A stretch of 64,000 bases of DNA from Neocallimastix sp. 'constans'. Lineage: Eukaryota. This document shows, piece after piece, positions 10,998 through 23,228 of this stretch. A program made the position numbers and the translations under genes. The notes beneath the pieces were generated by a model. It was not told the origin of the DNA, searched no databases, and worked only from the letters and a program-made list of their open reading frames with translations. Within the stretch, counting starts at the first letter, position 1; each line of letters opens with the position of its first letter. The stretch spans positions 496,001 through 560,000 of the forward strand of contig JBODTK010000100.1 in assembly GCA_050613775.1 (NCBI GenBank), read 5' to 3'.

Positions 10998-13900
10998 ACA
11001 TAATAATAATAATAATAATAATAATTCATATAATGCTAGTGCAACTTCAAATAATGATGTAATAAATAATGGATATCCTTATAATGATAATTCACATAAT
11101 TATGATATAAACAATAATTATTTAAATAAGAATAATAAAATAAATTATACAAACAGTTTATTTGATGATAATCATACAAGTATTGATAATATTTATTCCA
11201 ATAATAATAATAATAATAACTTAAATAATATAGAATATCTTAGTAAGAATACTAGTAACGGTTATAAATTAAATAATAGTAATCATAACAACATCTATGA
11301 AAATGACACTATTAATAAACAAGTTAACAATGATGTTAATATAAATAATACTTATAAAAATAATAATGATGATCAAAGTAACAATGAAATTGATTTAAAT
11401 AGAATTTCTATAAATGATAATGAAAAGAAAATTAATAATGAACCTAATTCAAATAATATTTATAATAATTTTGATAATTACCATAATGAGGAAATTATCG
11501 CTGTTGCCCAAAAGAAAGGTAAAAATAATTCAATAAAAATCTCCCCATATACCAAAGAAATAAAGAAAAAGCTTATAGATAATCCAGTTCCAATTATTAC
11601 AAATGCTATGAAGAAAAATACTATTATGAAAAGAAAATTAAACGTTAATAAATTAGCAACTACAGGAACACCTGATATGATAATAGATGAGGGAGGAACG
11701 AATGTCAAACTATCAACAGAAAAAGAAGAAGGTAAAGAATTTAAAGAAAATAAAGATCATAAAAATGTTACTTTCAATGAATCTATTGAAATTTTTGAGG
11801 ATTCACAACCACCAACTAATCAAACAATAACTAATAATAATACAAATAAATTAGAATATTTGGATCTTTCTTATATCAATCAACCAAATATTAGAAATGT
11901 AAAAAAAGCGAATAAATTGAATAAAATAAATGAAATACTGAGCAGTAACAAAGATGATATACCCATCAATGTTAAAAGTTATTCCAAGCCAGAGAAACAC
12001 ATAAAAATGATGGAAGATTTTAATGAATTTAAAATTAAGGACTTTATCAAGGAAGTAGCATCAACCGAAGTCATAACGAAGTTAGTATATTTGTTAGACC
12101 TGTTTCCAAAGTTCAGGTCAGAATTTACAAAAGCATTAAAATTAACCGAAGGAAAAGAGAAAATAAAGAAAAATTTGAATACATCTTTAATAAATGTAAT
12201 GACAATTATAAGCCAACATAAAGTGATTAAAGTTAAAGGCACTGTGGATAAGAAACCAGCTGAAATTTTCTTGGACTCGTGTGCTAGCGTTAATTTGATT
12301 ACCACTACGGCTTTAAAAAAATTTAAAATTAATAAAAATCCTATTGGGAGAATATCCGAAAAAATTTTTCAGGTATATTCCAACAATTCAACTTGTTCAG
12401 ATATTTATGAACTAAAAATATCTATTGGAAATTACACTTTTATCGATTACTTTAGGAAAATTGATAAGGATGATATCTTTGATATATTAATAGGTATTGA
12501 CACACTTAAACGAAATAGATTTGATATAAATTTAGTTAATGATACCTTATATCATATTGATGAAAATAATAATCCTATAGAATTAGCTTCTTTATTTTAT
12601 GATGTTAGCTTGAGTCCTTCTGAAAGTACAAATAGAATTAATGACGAAGAAAATAATATGAATAAGGAGAATAATATAAATAATAATTCTTCTGAAGAGA
12701 ATGATGAGGATTCTGAAACTAGTTGGAGTGACAATGATAATAATAATGATAATAATAATATACTTTTTACATATGCTAAATCAGAGTTACCTAATATTAA
12801 CATAAATAATTTTAATGTAAAATTACCTTTCTTTAATAGTGTCGACATCGATAAAGAAAATAATATCAAAATAAAAACGAATAATAATAAGAATGATGAT
12901 AAAATTGACAATTATAAAATAAATGATCATAAAATTAATTCTAAAGTTACAAACAATATAAATCCCATACTACATTCTAAACTTCCATCAAAAATCGATT
13001 CTGATCAAAACGGCAATAACAAATTAAATAGTAATTATAAATTAGTAGATAGAAATATTGAAAGGAAAGAATATAAGAATAAAACGGTTGATATTACAAC
13101 ACAATTGATTCCATCTCTTTTATTAATAACTAATGAAGTACTACATAATGAAAACGAGGTTTGCACAGACGACACAATATCTAAACTGGAAATGATTCAC
13201 TCTATTGTAAAAAAATTACCAGAAAATTTGAAAGCTGATGTAGAAAAATTATTTTTAAATTATATTAGTGTTCTTGCACTGAAAACTGACGATTTGGGTT
13301 CGTCAAAGCTATATCCTCATAGAATTAATTTAATACCAGGAACAACACCTATTAAACAGAGGGCCTACCGTATTTCAAAAGTGCAAGCTGATGCACTTAA
13401 AAAGGAATTAATTAAACTTATAAATAATAACTTAATTGTCCCTTCTAGTTCTCCTTGGTCTTCTCCTGTAGTACTGGTACCGAAAAAGAATGGTCAAGTG
13501 AGAATGTGTGTTGACTACAGGAAGATTAATAATTGTACATTAAAGGACGCTTATGCACTTCCTTTAATAGATGATATACTTTACTATGTTAGCGGTGATA
13601 TTTCTATTTTGTCTACTATTGATCTCTTCTCAGGGTACCATCAGATTCCTATGCATTCTGATGATAAAGATATCACTTGCTTTACGACCATTTACGGAAA
13701 CTTTAATTTTGAAGTTATGCCTTTTGGACTATGCAACGCTCCCGCTACTTTTCAAAGGGAGATGAACAGAATATTTTTTGATTTAATCGGAGTATGTGTT
13801 TTTATTTACATAGATGACTTAGTTATTTATTCTCCTTCATTAGATCAACACATCAAAGACCTAGAAAAAGTATTCCTCATTCTTGCTAATAATGGATTAA

Positions 13901-16279
13901 AAGTGAATTTTGAAAAATGTGATTTCTTTAAAGAAGAAGTTGAGCTCCTTGGTCATACTCTTTCTACTAAGGGTATAAAACCTATGAATTCTAAAATAAA
14001 AGTTATTGCTAATTGGTTACCTCCTTCTAATTTAAAACAGTTACGTTCTTTCTTAGGGGCAATTGGATATTACCGGAAATTCATTAGCCATTTTGCCCAA
14101 ATTGCTAAACCTTTATATGATTTAACAAAAAAGAATGTTCCTTTTGTTTGGTCTACCGAATCTAATAATGCATTTGAATTTTTAAAAATTCGTCTTATTA
14201 ATGCACCTATATTGTCACCTCCAAATTTTGATAAACCATTTATTGTTCGTTCAGATGCATCTAAATCAGGAATTGGCGGGGTACTACTTCAGTTAGACGA
14301 TGACAACATTGAGAAGCCATTATATTATGAAAGTAGGACACTTTCCAATTCTGAAATCAATTATAGCATTACAGAACTTGAGGGGCTTGCCGCATTTTAC
14401 TGTGTCATGAAATTTAAACCTTTTCTCACTGGTAATAGTTTTGAGACAATTCTTTATACCGATCATAAGCCTTTAGTTTACATATTTAAAAATAAAGAAC
14501 CTTCTTCAGCAAGGCATGTCAAATGGATAACTGAGTTCAGTATTTTAAAAATTAAAGTGTTATATGAAGAGGGGAGGAGGAATGTAGTTGCTGATGCACT
14601 ATCTAGATTACATTCTAACAATGAAAAATATATAATCAAAAATATAAAAAATGATGATAAACATATAAAAAATAAAAATAAAAGAAATAATATAAAAAAT
14701 TATAATAAAGATGTATTCAACCAAGTTATAAATAATGAAATTCAAAATTGTGAAATTAAAAATAATGAAGAAATTAGAAATAAGAAAAATACTAAAATTA
14801 ATAAAATAAAAGAGTTAGTGGATGAAATTAAGATCAATAGTAATAATGAAAATTACAAAATGGAATATGAGGAAATTAAAAATAATGTAAATAACATTAA
14901 TAAGTTTAATAAGTTTAATAATAAATTACATAATAATAATAGTGAAAATAATGGAGTGGAAAATAAATTGAATGTGAATTATATGGTATTTCAAACTGAA
15001 GAAAATAATAAACATAGTTTTAATAATAATGATAATAATAATAATAATATTAATCATGTTAATACTAATAATAATGATATTGATGATAGTACTGAAATAC
15101 TAAATGATTTCTATAAAAAAATAATAAACCAGAAATTTGTATTAATTGATGGAGTTCAGTATTATAAAGATAATAATGAATTAAGAAAAGTAATATTTAA
15201 TGATAATGAAAAATGGGAACTTATTAGTAAAGCTCATTGTTTAGGACATGAAGGTAACTTTAAAACCTACCATCGTTTGAAAAGGAACTATTATTGGATA
15301 GGAATGAATAAGGATATCAGATTATTTATTAAATCTTGTCATGTATGTCAATTATGTAAACCACAACCACCGAATGTATTTACAGAAGATTTAGCTACAC
15401 CCCCAGGTCTACCTTTTACTCGGGTAGGATTGGATTTAGTTGGACCCTTATACGAATCTTTCAGAGGTAATAAATATATAATAGTACTTGTAGATTATTT
15501 AACAAAATGGGTGGAAGCTGAAGCATTAGCCAAAACAGAATCAGAAGATGTCATTAGATTTTTAAATAATATATTTTCAAGACACGGGATTCCAGAGATA
15601 TTAATTACTGATAATGGCCCGCAATTCATATCTGATAAAACAAAAGCTTTCCTAGATTTAAATGATGTCTATGTACATTATATTAGTACTTATCATCCTG
15701 CTTCTAACGGAGAAGTTGAAAACAGGAATAGAGAAATAGTCAAATATATTAGAATTCTTAAAAGCCAATTTAAAGAATTAAGTAAACAAAATCAAGAATG
15801 GGATGATATTTTACCTAGTGCACTTTGGGCTTTAAGAACAACAAAAAATGAAGTTACTAAATTTAGTAGTTTCGAATTACTCTATGGTAGGAAAGACTTA
15901 CAACCATTTGAATTAGCAATTAATATTGACAAAAGATTTCCTGAAGAATCAGAAGAAGAATATTTTGTTCGAAAATTTATTAATCACCATAATTGGATTT
16001 CTGAAGCAATCAAAAATATTGAAACTGCAAATGAATTATGGAAAGATAGGAGAAGACAGATTAAAAGATTAAGAAGTGAATTCAAACCAGGAGACCTAGT
16101 TTTAGTTAGAAATTTCAATCGAAGGAAACTAGACCCTTATTATATCGGACCATTAAAAATAGTTAAACAGCAATTTAATACTGTCACAGTATGCGATCCT
16201 TATACGAACGAAATTGCAGAGAGAAACATTCATCTAAAAAATGTAATTCCATATATTAGTAATTTCCTAAATTATAATC

Positions 16280-16284
<5 letters not shown>
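10795..16284 (+). CDS. pol: Pol (protease-RT-RNaseH-integrase), family I, reached by -1 frameshift
   Basis: Frame is open from the slippery site through the ORF 10924-16284; FLDSCASVNLI, YIDD, TDHKPL, DLVGP/TDNGPQF, GPLKI; Gypsy domain order. Confidence 0.95.
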
Positions 16285-16347
<63 letters not shown>

Positions 16348-17137
16348 ATGATATATATATAAAAAAAAAAAAAAAAAAAATTTTGATATATATAAAAAAT
16401 ATAAAAAAAAATATATAAAAAAAATATTATAAAATATATAATAGTATTATTAGTTTAATAAATATTTTAATATGCTTATAGACTTCAAGGGACGAAGTCT
16501 AAGCTAAGTGGGGGCATCTTGATGCATGTCCAGTAAAAATAATAGAAAATAATAGAAAAATTATTTAGAAAAATTATTAATATAAATATTTATTAAAAAT
16601 TAATTTTATATAATGAATCTTAAAATATATTATTAATATATTATTAAAGATAATTTATTATTATTAATTATTAAAATATTAAATTAAATAATAATATTAA
16701 AAATATTAAAAGAATTGTTGATAATATAGTAAAATTAGTTATATTAATTATAACGGAGATTGAATGTTTAATTAAATTGATGTTAATATTAAAATAATTT
16801 TTAAATAATGTTAAACAATATGAATTAATAGTTATAAGTAAAAAGTTATGAATATTTATATTTATTAATTAATTTTAGTGTTTCGATAAATAAAATTTAT
16901 AAAATTAGTAAAAAATATAATTATGAAAATAATTTATAAATAAATATTTTCTTTTTTTTTAAGGAATAATAATAAAACATGTATTTTTTTATGATAAAAT
17001 ATAATAAATAAAATAATAAAAGATAAATAAATAAAAAGTAAATATAATTATTGTAATATAATATTCTTGGAGTAATTCCCTTTTGCACAAACGCCCAACT
17101 AACATATACGGTATTTAATAAAATATCGTATCATCTT

Positions 17138-18185
17138 TGATAAAGAATGAAGTAATAAATTGATTCTTATTAAAAACCGTTTAATATAGTCAAGGTGATT
17201 TTTAAAATATTAATAAATTTATGTATTCTTTACATTAATAATTTTACTATATTATTTGATCTGAAAATTTAAGTTTATACATAAAATTTAATTTAAATTT
17301 ATGTTCATTCCTTATAAAGGTAAATTAAATTTATGAGAGTTTAGCAATAACATAGTACTAATTACTTTTAGTATTATTTTTCTAAATAAGGAATAATTCC
17401 TGTATATAAACAACTTAAATAACTTTATCAATATTTCTGTCTTTCGAATTAAGAAATAATTGAAATGAAAGAAATAAATAAAATAAAATTTTCTGTATTT
17501 AAAATTGTAAAAGATTTTTCATATATTAATAAATGTATTTTATTTTCTATTATGTCATTCAAATTAATATATAAGATTACATATTAAATTAGTATCAAAA
17601 TTAAGTTAAAGTATTCAATTTTATTGTAATACTGCTTCTCTTTTTTTTTGTTTAATTCTTATCTATAATGCATCTTTTATATTATAGATTTATTTTGGTT
17701 AATTTGAATATTAGGAAATAATAAAATTTCTATTTATTACAATAAGGAAATAATCAATAAGATTTAAAAATCTATTGTTTTTCCATCTCTTCAACTACTT
17801 CCAGAGGCTTTGCTACTTTTATATCTTCAAAAAGATATAAATTGACTACCTTGGAACCCCTTTTTAGGGGAGAGAAAAAAATAAGAAAATAAAAATAGAA
17901 AAAAAAAATAAATAAATAAAAATAAATAAATAAAAATAAAAATAAATAAAAATAATAATAAAAATAAAATAAAAATAAAATAAATAAAAATAAAATAAAT
18001 AAATAGAAATAAAATAAATAAATAAAAATAAAATAAATAAATAAAAATAATAATAAAAATAAAATAAAAATTAAAATAAAAAAAATATAATAAATAAATA
18101 AAAATTATTGTGAAAGAAATAAAATTTTTTTTTGTGTTTTAATATTATATAATTTTTTTTTTTTTGAATTCCTCGAACCATAACA
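17138..18185 (+). mobile_element. Solo LTR family H (TGATAAAGAATG...GAACCATAACA)
   Basis: TCTT/TCTT flanks; same 3' end as family E LTRs; second (truncated) copy at 59235. Confidence 0.88.
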
Positions 18186-18191
18186 TCTTTG

Positions 18192-19190
18192 TGTAAGAAT
18201 CTATAATTATTTTTAACAAAATAATTATATTTTCTTAGTTAGGTTATAATTAATATAACTTTTATTTAACTCATATTTCATTTATACAATTAATTATAAT
18301 TAATAATTTATTTAATTATATATTAAAATTTTATTTAGTTTAATATTAAAAATTTATTTAATCAAATAATTTTTATACATTTAAAATAATATTAAATTTA
18401 TTTAATTATTCACTTAATTATTAAATTTATTAGTTTTAGTTTTCTCTCACTTATTAAATCATAAACTAAAACACTATTCTGTATTTTATCATGTATTCTG
18501 TATTCTATCATGTATTCTGTATTGTATTAATCATGTATTTTATTATTAATGTATTGTTTTATATTTTTTATGTAAAGTTCTATAAAATAGAACTAAATAG
18601 ATTAAATTTTAAATTTTATGATCGAAATAATTTTCATTATTTTATTCTTTTATTTTCGATCATTATATTAGATTAAGTAATCGGTTAATTAAGGTTTTTC
18701 CAATTACTTCTTAAAAGTAATCGGTTTTACTTAATTAACGCGATGATCGATATGGATAGAATATCGATCAAAAAACTTATCTAGGTTTTTCTTCTAGTCT
18801 TTTCCTAGATAAGAGATTTGTTAAGATTAGAACCCCTTTTGATTTTAACCTTATTTTGACAAAAAAGTATAAATAAGGCTCTTGAGTTCTCTTTGAGAAA
18901 TCAAGAGTTATTATTATAACAATTATAATATAATAATAATGACAATAAGTTTTAACATTTAAAATTTTTAATAAATAATAAAACAAATTATTTTAATAAA
19001 ACAAATTTTATAATTAAAACTTTTCCTTATCAATTTTAGTGTTTCGTCTATTATAATTCGTTATAATAAACTCGATAATTAGAAAGAACCATAGGTAAGT
19101 ATGATTCTTTTCTAAACCTTTAATATTAGCAGTTAGAACTAATATTAATGATTAATAATTTAATTATAATTTTTTAATTAAATTATTACA
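18192..19190 (+). mobile_element. Solo LTR family D
   Basis: Inverted near-copy of 4720-5752; flanks CTTTG/ATTTG. Confidence 0.92.
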
Positions 19191-20334
19191 ATTTGGTAAA
19201 GAACGAACATATAATGGATTATTAATTAGAATTTCAACTTACTTTAGAATCCATTATATTATTCTTTACTTAATATTACTTTACTATATTTTCTATACTA
19301 AAATATTTTCTAAATATATTTTTTTTATATTTTTATTAAAAGTTTCTAAAATATTATCAATAATTTTATATTTTTATTATTAATATCAATATCTATAATT
19401 TAACCTCAAATTTTATTATTTTATTAAAGTGTTTATTATCAATATTAATATTTTATTTTTATTTTCAAATATATTATTATATTATTATTATATTGTATCA
19501 ATATTAAACTTGTATTCTTTTTAGTATTTTATTTTATTTTTAAATTGATTATTTTATTTTTTATTCCCCACAAATAAAATCAAATCTTAATTGATTAATA
19601 ATAAATATTAAATATATTATAGTTTTTAAATTTATTTTATATAAAATATAAGAATATTATATTAACATTCTTGATTAAAATAACTTTATTTTTCTGTAAA
19701 ATCTTTTTAAATTTTGTTTGTTACTTTTCGTATATATTAAATAATTTAGTTTTAGTATATGAAAAATAATATAAAATTATGTAAACAAAATTTATTAAAA
19801 TAAAAATACTTATGAATTAGTTAATTTAAATTAATATAAAATTTTAATTAATTAGTAATAGTAAATATTTTTTTTTTAAATATGATAATAAAATGTAGAA
19901 AAGCTTTACATATTTATTTTTTTTCAAAAAGTATAAATAAGTGAAGTTTTTCAATAATTAAAATGTAGACAGAAAAATATTAAAAATAAATCATTAAATA
20001 AAATTCTAATAAAACCCGAACCATAACATAATTTATGGTGGAGATATCGGGGAATATTAGAAAAATAAAATTTAATATTATTTATTAATTAAATTATTTA
20101 ACAAAGCCTTGGATATAGATTTCCGGGCTAAGCTTAACCTACATAGTAATTGGGCTAGTAGGCTTTGGACTGCTGTATTTTATATTGAATACAGTAGCCG
20201 TGGTACCCTGTGGCATGACGCCGTGAAGAGGCAAGCTGCACGTCAGACAGGGTATACTATCAGATTATCCATAAGTTTTGTTAAATAATTATAATTAATA
20301 ATTTAATATTAATATTAATAATAATAAAAGTTAT

Positions 20335-20372
<38 letters not shown>

Positions 20373-20800
20373 TTGGAAAACTTTAGATTTTGTAGTAACT
20401 TTATTTAATTATAGATTATAGATAAAAAATAATAATAAAAAAAAAATAATAAAAAGTTAACAAATTTACGAAGTTAATATTCGAGTAAGACAGTGTTAGC
20501 TTGCAGGATATTAATTTCATAAACTCTTATTTACAATTTTGCAAGGTTTTGTAGATTGTAAACGCGAGTATTTCAAGGAACAAATCCTTGACAATTAGGC
20601 AAATACGCCCTAGAACTATAAAACCTTCACGCTGAAGGCAACTACACACTTCAACAGGTGATAGTTTGTTCACTCGCGCAGAAAATAAGAGGTGGGTCAG
20701 GTTCGATCCCTGATAAAACCCTGGTCATTCTTGCGAAGTGACGTTAAAATATATAGTTTTTTTTTTATTTTTATTTTAGGCTTTTATAAATTTGTTCGCC

Positions 20801-20831
<31 letters not shown>

Positions 20832-20950
20832 TTTGCAATAAAATAAAAATATATATATTTTTTTTTTCCTTTTATTAAAATAATAAATATTTCATTAATA
20901 AATTTTTTTTTAATAAATAATAAATTAAATTTTTCTTTAGTGTAGAACAA

Positions 20951-20996
<46 letters not shown>

Positions 20997-21038
20997 TTTT
21001 TTTAACCAATAGTATTATCATAGATATAGATTTATATA

Positions 21039-21091
<53 letters not shown>

Positions 21092-22334
21092 TTAATGATA
21101 AATATTAAAATAATAAGCAAAAAAAAAAAAAAATTTTTTTTTTTAGTACAAATTTTTAATTTTTTTTTTAAATAAGAATAAATTTTATAAATAAAAATTT
21201 TTTTTTATTAATAATTCTAAATAATAAATTGTAATTTTTTTTATGTTTATCAGTTTATTTTATTTTTTTTTAATATATACATGTACAATATATATATAGA
21301 ATATATAAAATTAGATTATTATTATTATTTTTATGATTTTATATAATTAAATTTTTTTTTTGAAATTTTTATAATTGAAATTTTTTTTTGTGTGTGTTAA
21401 ATTTTCTATTATTCATTATATAATTAATTAAATTTTAATTAAAAAGAAAAATATAAATAAGCTGTCTTACAACTCTCTACGCGGGATAGTTGAACACCCA
21501 CACATAATACTTTATTGTTTTGATCTTGTTGATACTGGGAAGGATACGTTATTATCTTCTTTATTACTAACAATAAGTTAGCCAAATTAAAAAGAATTTT
21601 ATATTGCTACCTTCTTTTTATTAAGTTTCTTAATAATTAACAATCGACATTATCAACTTATCAATAAAGAGCTAAGGGGACTTATTGTAAGAAGGGTTAA
21701 CAAGCTATATATTTGATGGTTCAACACTATATAGTTTGGCTTGTATTTTAACTTTTTATTTAATATTTCATTAAATGTTATAACAAAGAATTAATAGAAT
21801 AATAAATATATACAAAAAAGAAATAAAAATAAAAATAAATATACATTATTATTATTATTTAAGTATTTATACAATTTGCTTTATGTTATATTAATTATTT
21901 TAATAAAGGAAATAAATATATTAAATAAAATTAAATAAAGAAGTTATTACTACAAATAAATTTAAAAAAAAAGATTAAGATATACATATTTTGTGTATTA
22001 ATGCTTAAAAGAATATAATAAACATTAAAATTCATAATAAAAAGCTTCAGATTTTCAAATTGCGTTTTTGAGTCTGAATTTATTTTTTTTTTAGTTTCAG
22101 ATTTTCGAAGGGTGTTTTCGAGTCTGAATTAATTTATCAGATTTTCAGAGAGAGATTCTGAGTCTGAATTATTATTGGAATAAAGAATTGGATTGTCAGA
22201 GGGTTTTCTGAGTCCATAATTATATTATTATAAAACAAAGATAAATTTATTTTTTTTGTTATTAAATATATTTTTAAAGTAAACATATTTTTAAATTGGA
22301 TATCATAGCATTAATACCATTTTTAAATTTTCAA

Positions 22335-23228
22335 ATGGCTGAAAATAAAATCAATTTTAAAGAATTAAAAAAGGAATTAAAAGATATCGAGAAAATTTCA
22401 AAGGAAAATCTCGATATCAAATCTTGGGAATCAGAAATCCGATTATGGATAAAACTTGAGGAAGTTACTGATCCCAAAAAGATTTTTACCGCCTGCTTAC
22501 TCACGTCTACTGGAGAGCCTCGCGAAGTTATCCAGGATTTAATTGAAAGTTACAGTACCGATTCTGAATCAGAAAGTGAGGACGAAGAAGAAGAAGAATC
22601 TGATTCAGAAGAAAAGAAAAAAGATGAATATCCTTCCTTAAAGGAAATTGTAGAAGCAATAGAAACTTTTTATGGTCTTAAAGAAGACCAGAATATGTTA
22701 CTTCGTGAGCTCCGTGCTTTAAGAATTAAAAGAAATGAGCGAGTAAAAGACTTTAATACTCGTTTCCGATCCATATATTTGAAATTAGATAAGAAAAGAA
22801 AGAAGCGAGTCAGTGTTCTCGATTATATTGATGCTCTTAGGAACAATGAAGAAGCTTGGAAAAAGGTCTCCCTTAAGGATGACATTTCTTTAAATCGGGC
22901 GTTTGACATTGCCGAAAAAGTTGATAGAGTAATGAATTTGAGACCCTCAAAAGAGTACTCAACTGAAATTGTCAACCCAAGAATAAATATCAGGAATAAT
23001 TATCAAAACAACAGAAAGGTAGTAAGAGAGAATTATGAAGTTAGAAGCCCAAAAAGAAATAAAGATTACGAATTGGAGGACTTAACAAAAAAAATGAAAA
23101 ATCTTACCATTAAAGCCTGTTTTTATTGTAGCGATCCAGGACATTTGCAGTATAATTGTCCTAAGTTAAATGCAATTATTCAAGAAAATAAGAAACGGTT
23201 ATATAGTGGAAAATCTTTAAACCACTAA
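22335..23228 (+). CDS. gag: Gag, family E
   Basis: ATG at 22335 (MAENKINF); acidic linker; CCHC knuckle CFYCSDPGHLQYNC; TTTAAAC just before the stop. Confidence 0.9.
   Translation: MAENKINFKELKKELKDIEKISKENLDIKSWESEIRLWIKLEEVTDPKKIFTACLLTSTGEPREVIQDLIESYSTDSESESEDEEEEESDSEEKKKDEYPSLKEIVEAIETFYGLKEDQNMLLRELRALRIKRNERVKDFNTRFRSIYLKLDKKRKKRVSVLDYIDALRNNEEAWKKVSLKDDISLNRAFDIAEKVDRVMNLRPSKEYSTEIVNPRINIRNNYQNNRKVVRENYEVRSPKRNKDYELEDLTKKMKNLTIKACFYCSDPGHLQYNCPKLNAIIQENKKRLYSGKSLNH

Larger units (their letters stand above)
7913..17133 (+). mobile_element. Full-length, apparently intact Ty3/Gypsy element, family I
   Basis: 614-bp LTRs at 7913-8526 and 16520-17133 (I saw one difference); TSD TCTT/TCTT; PBS; PPT AAGTGGGGGCATCT; open gag and pol. 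Confidence 0.97.

Noticed and set aside
10367..13765. Small overlapping or antisense ORFs in gag and pol (also 23270, 23557, 25207, 31114-32723)
   Set aside because: They are shadow frames of Asn/Lys-rich coding sequence with no recognisable motifs.
20697..20713. Second tRNA gene
   Set aside because: Only a T arm is present; I could not build acceptor, D or anticodon arms.
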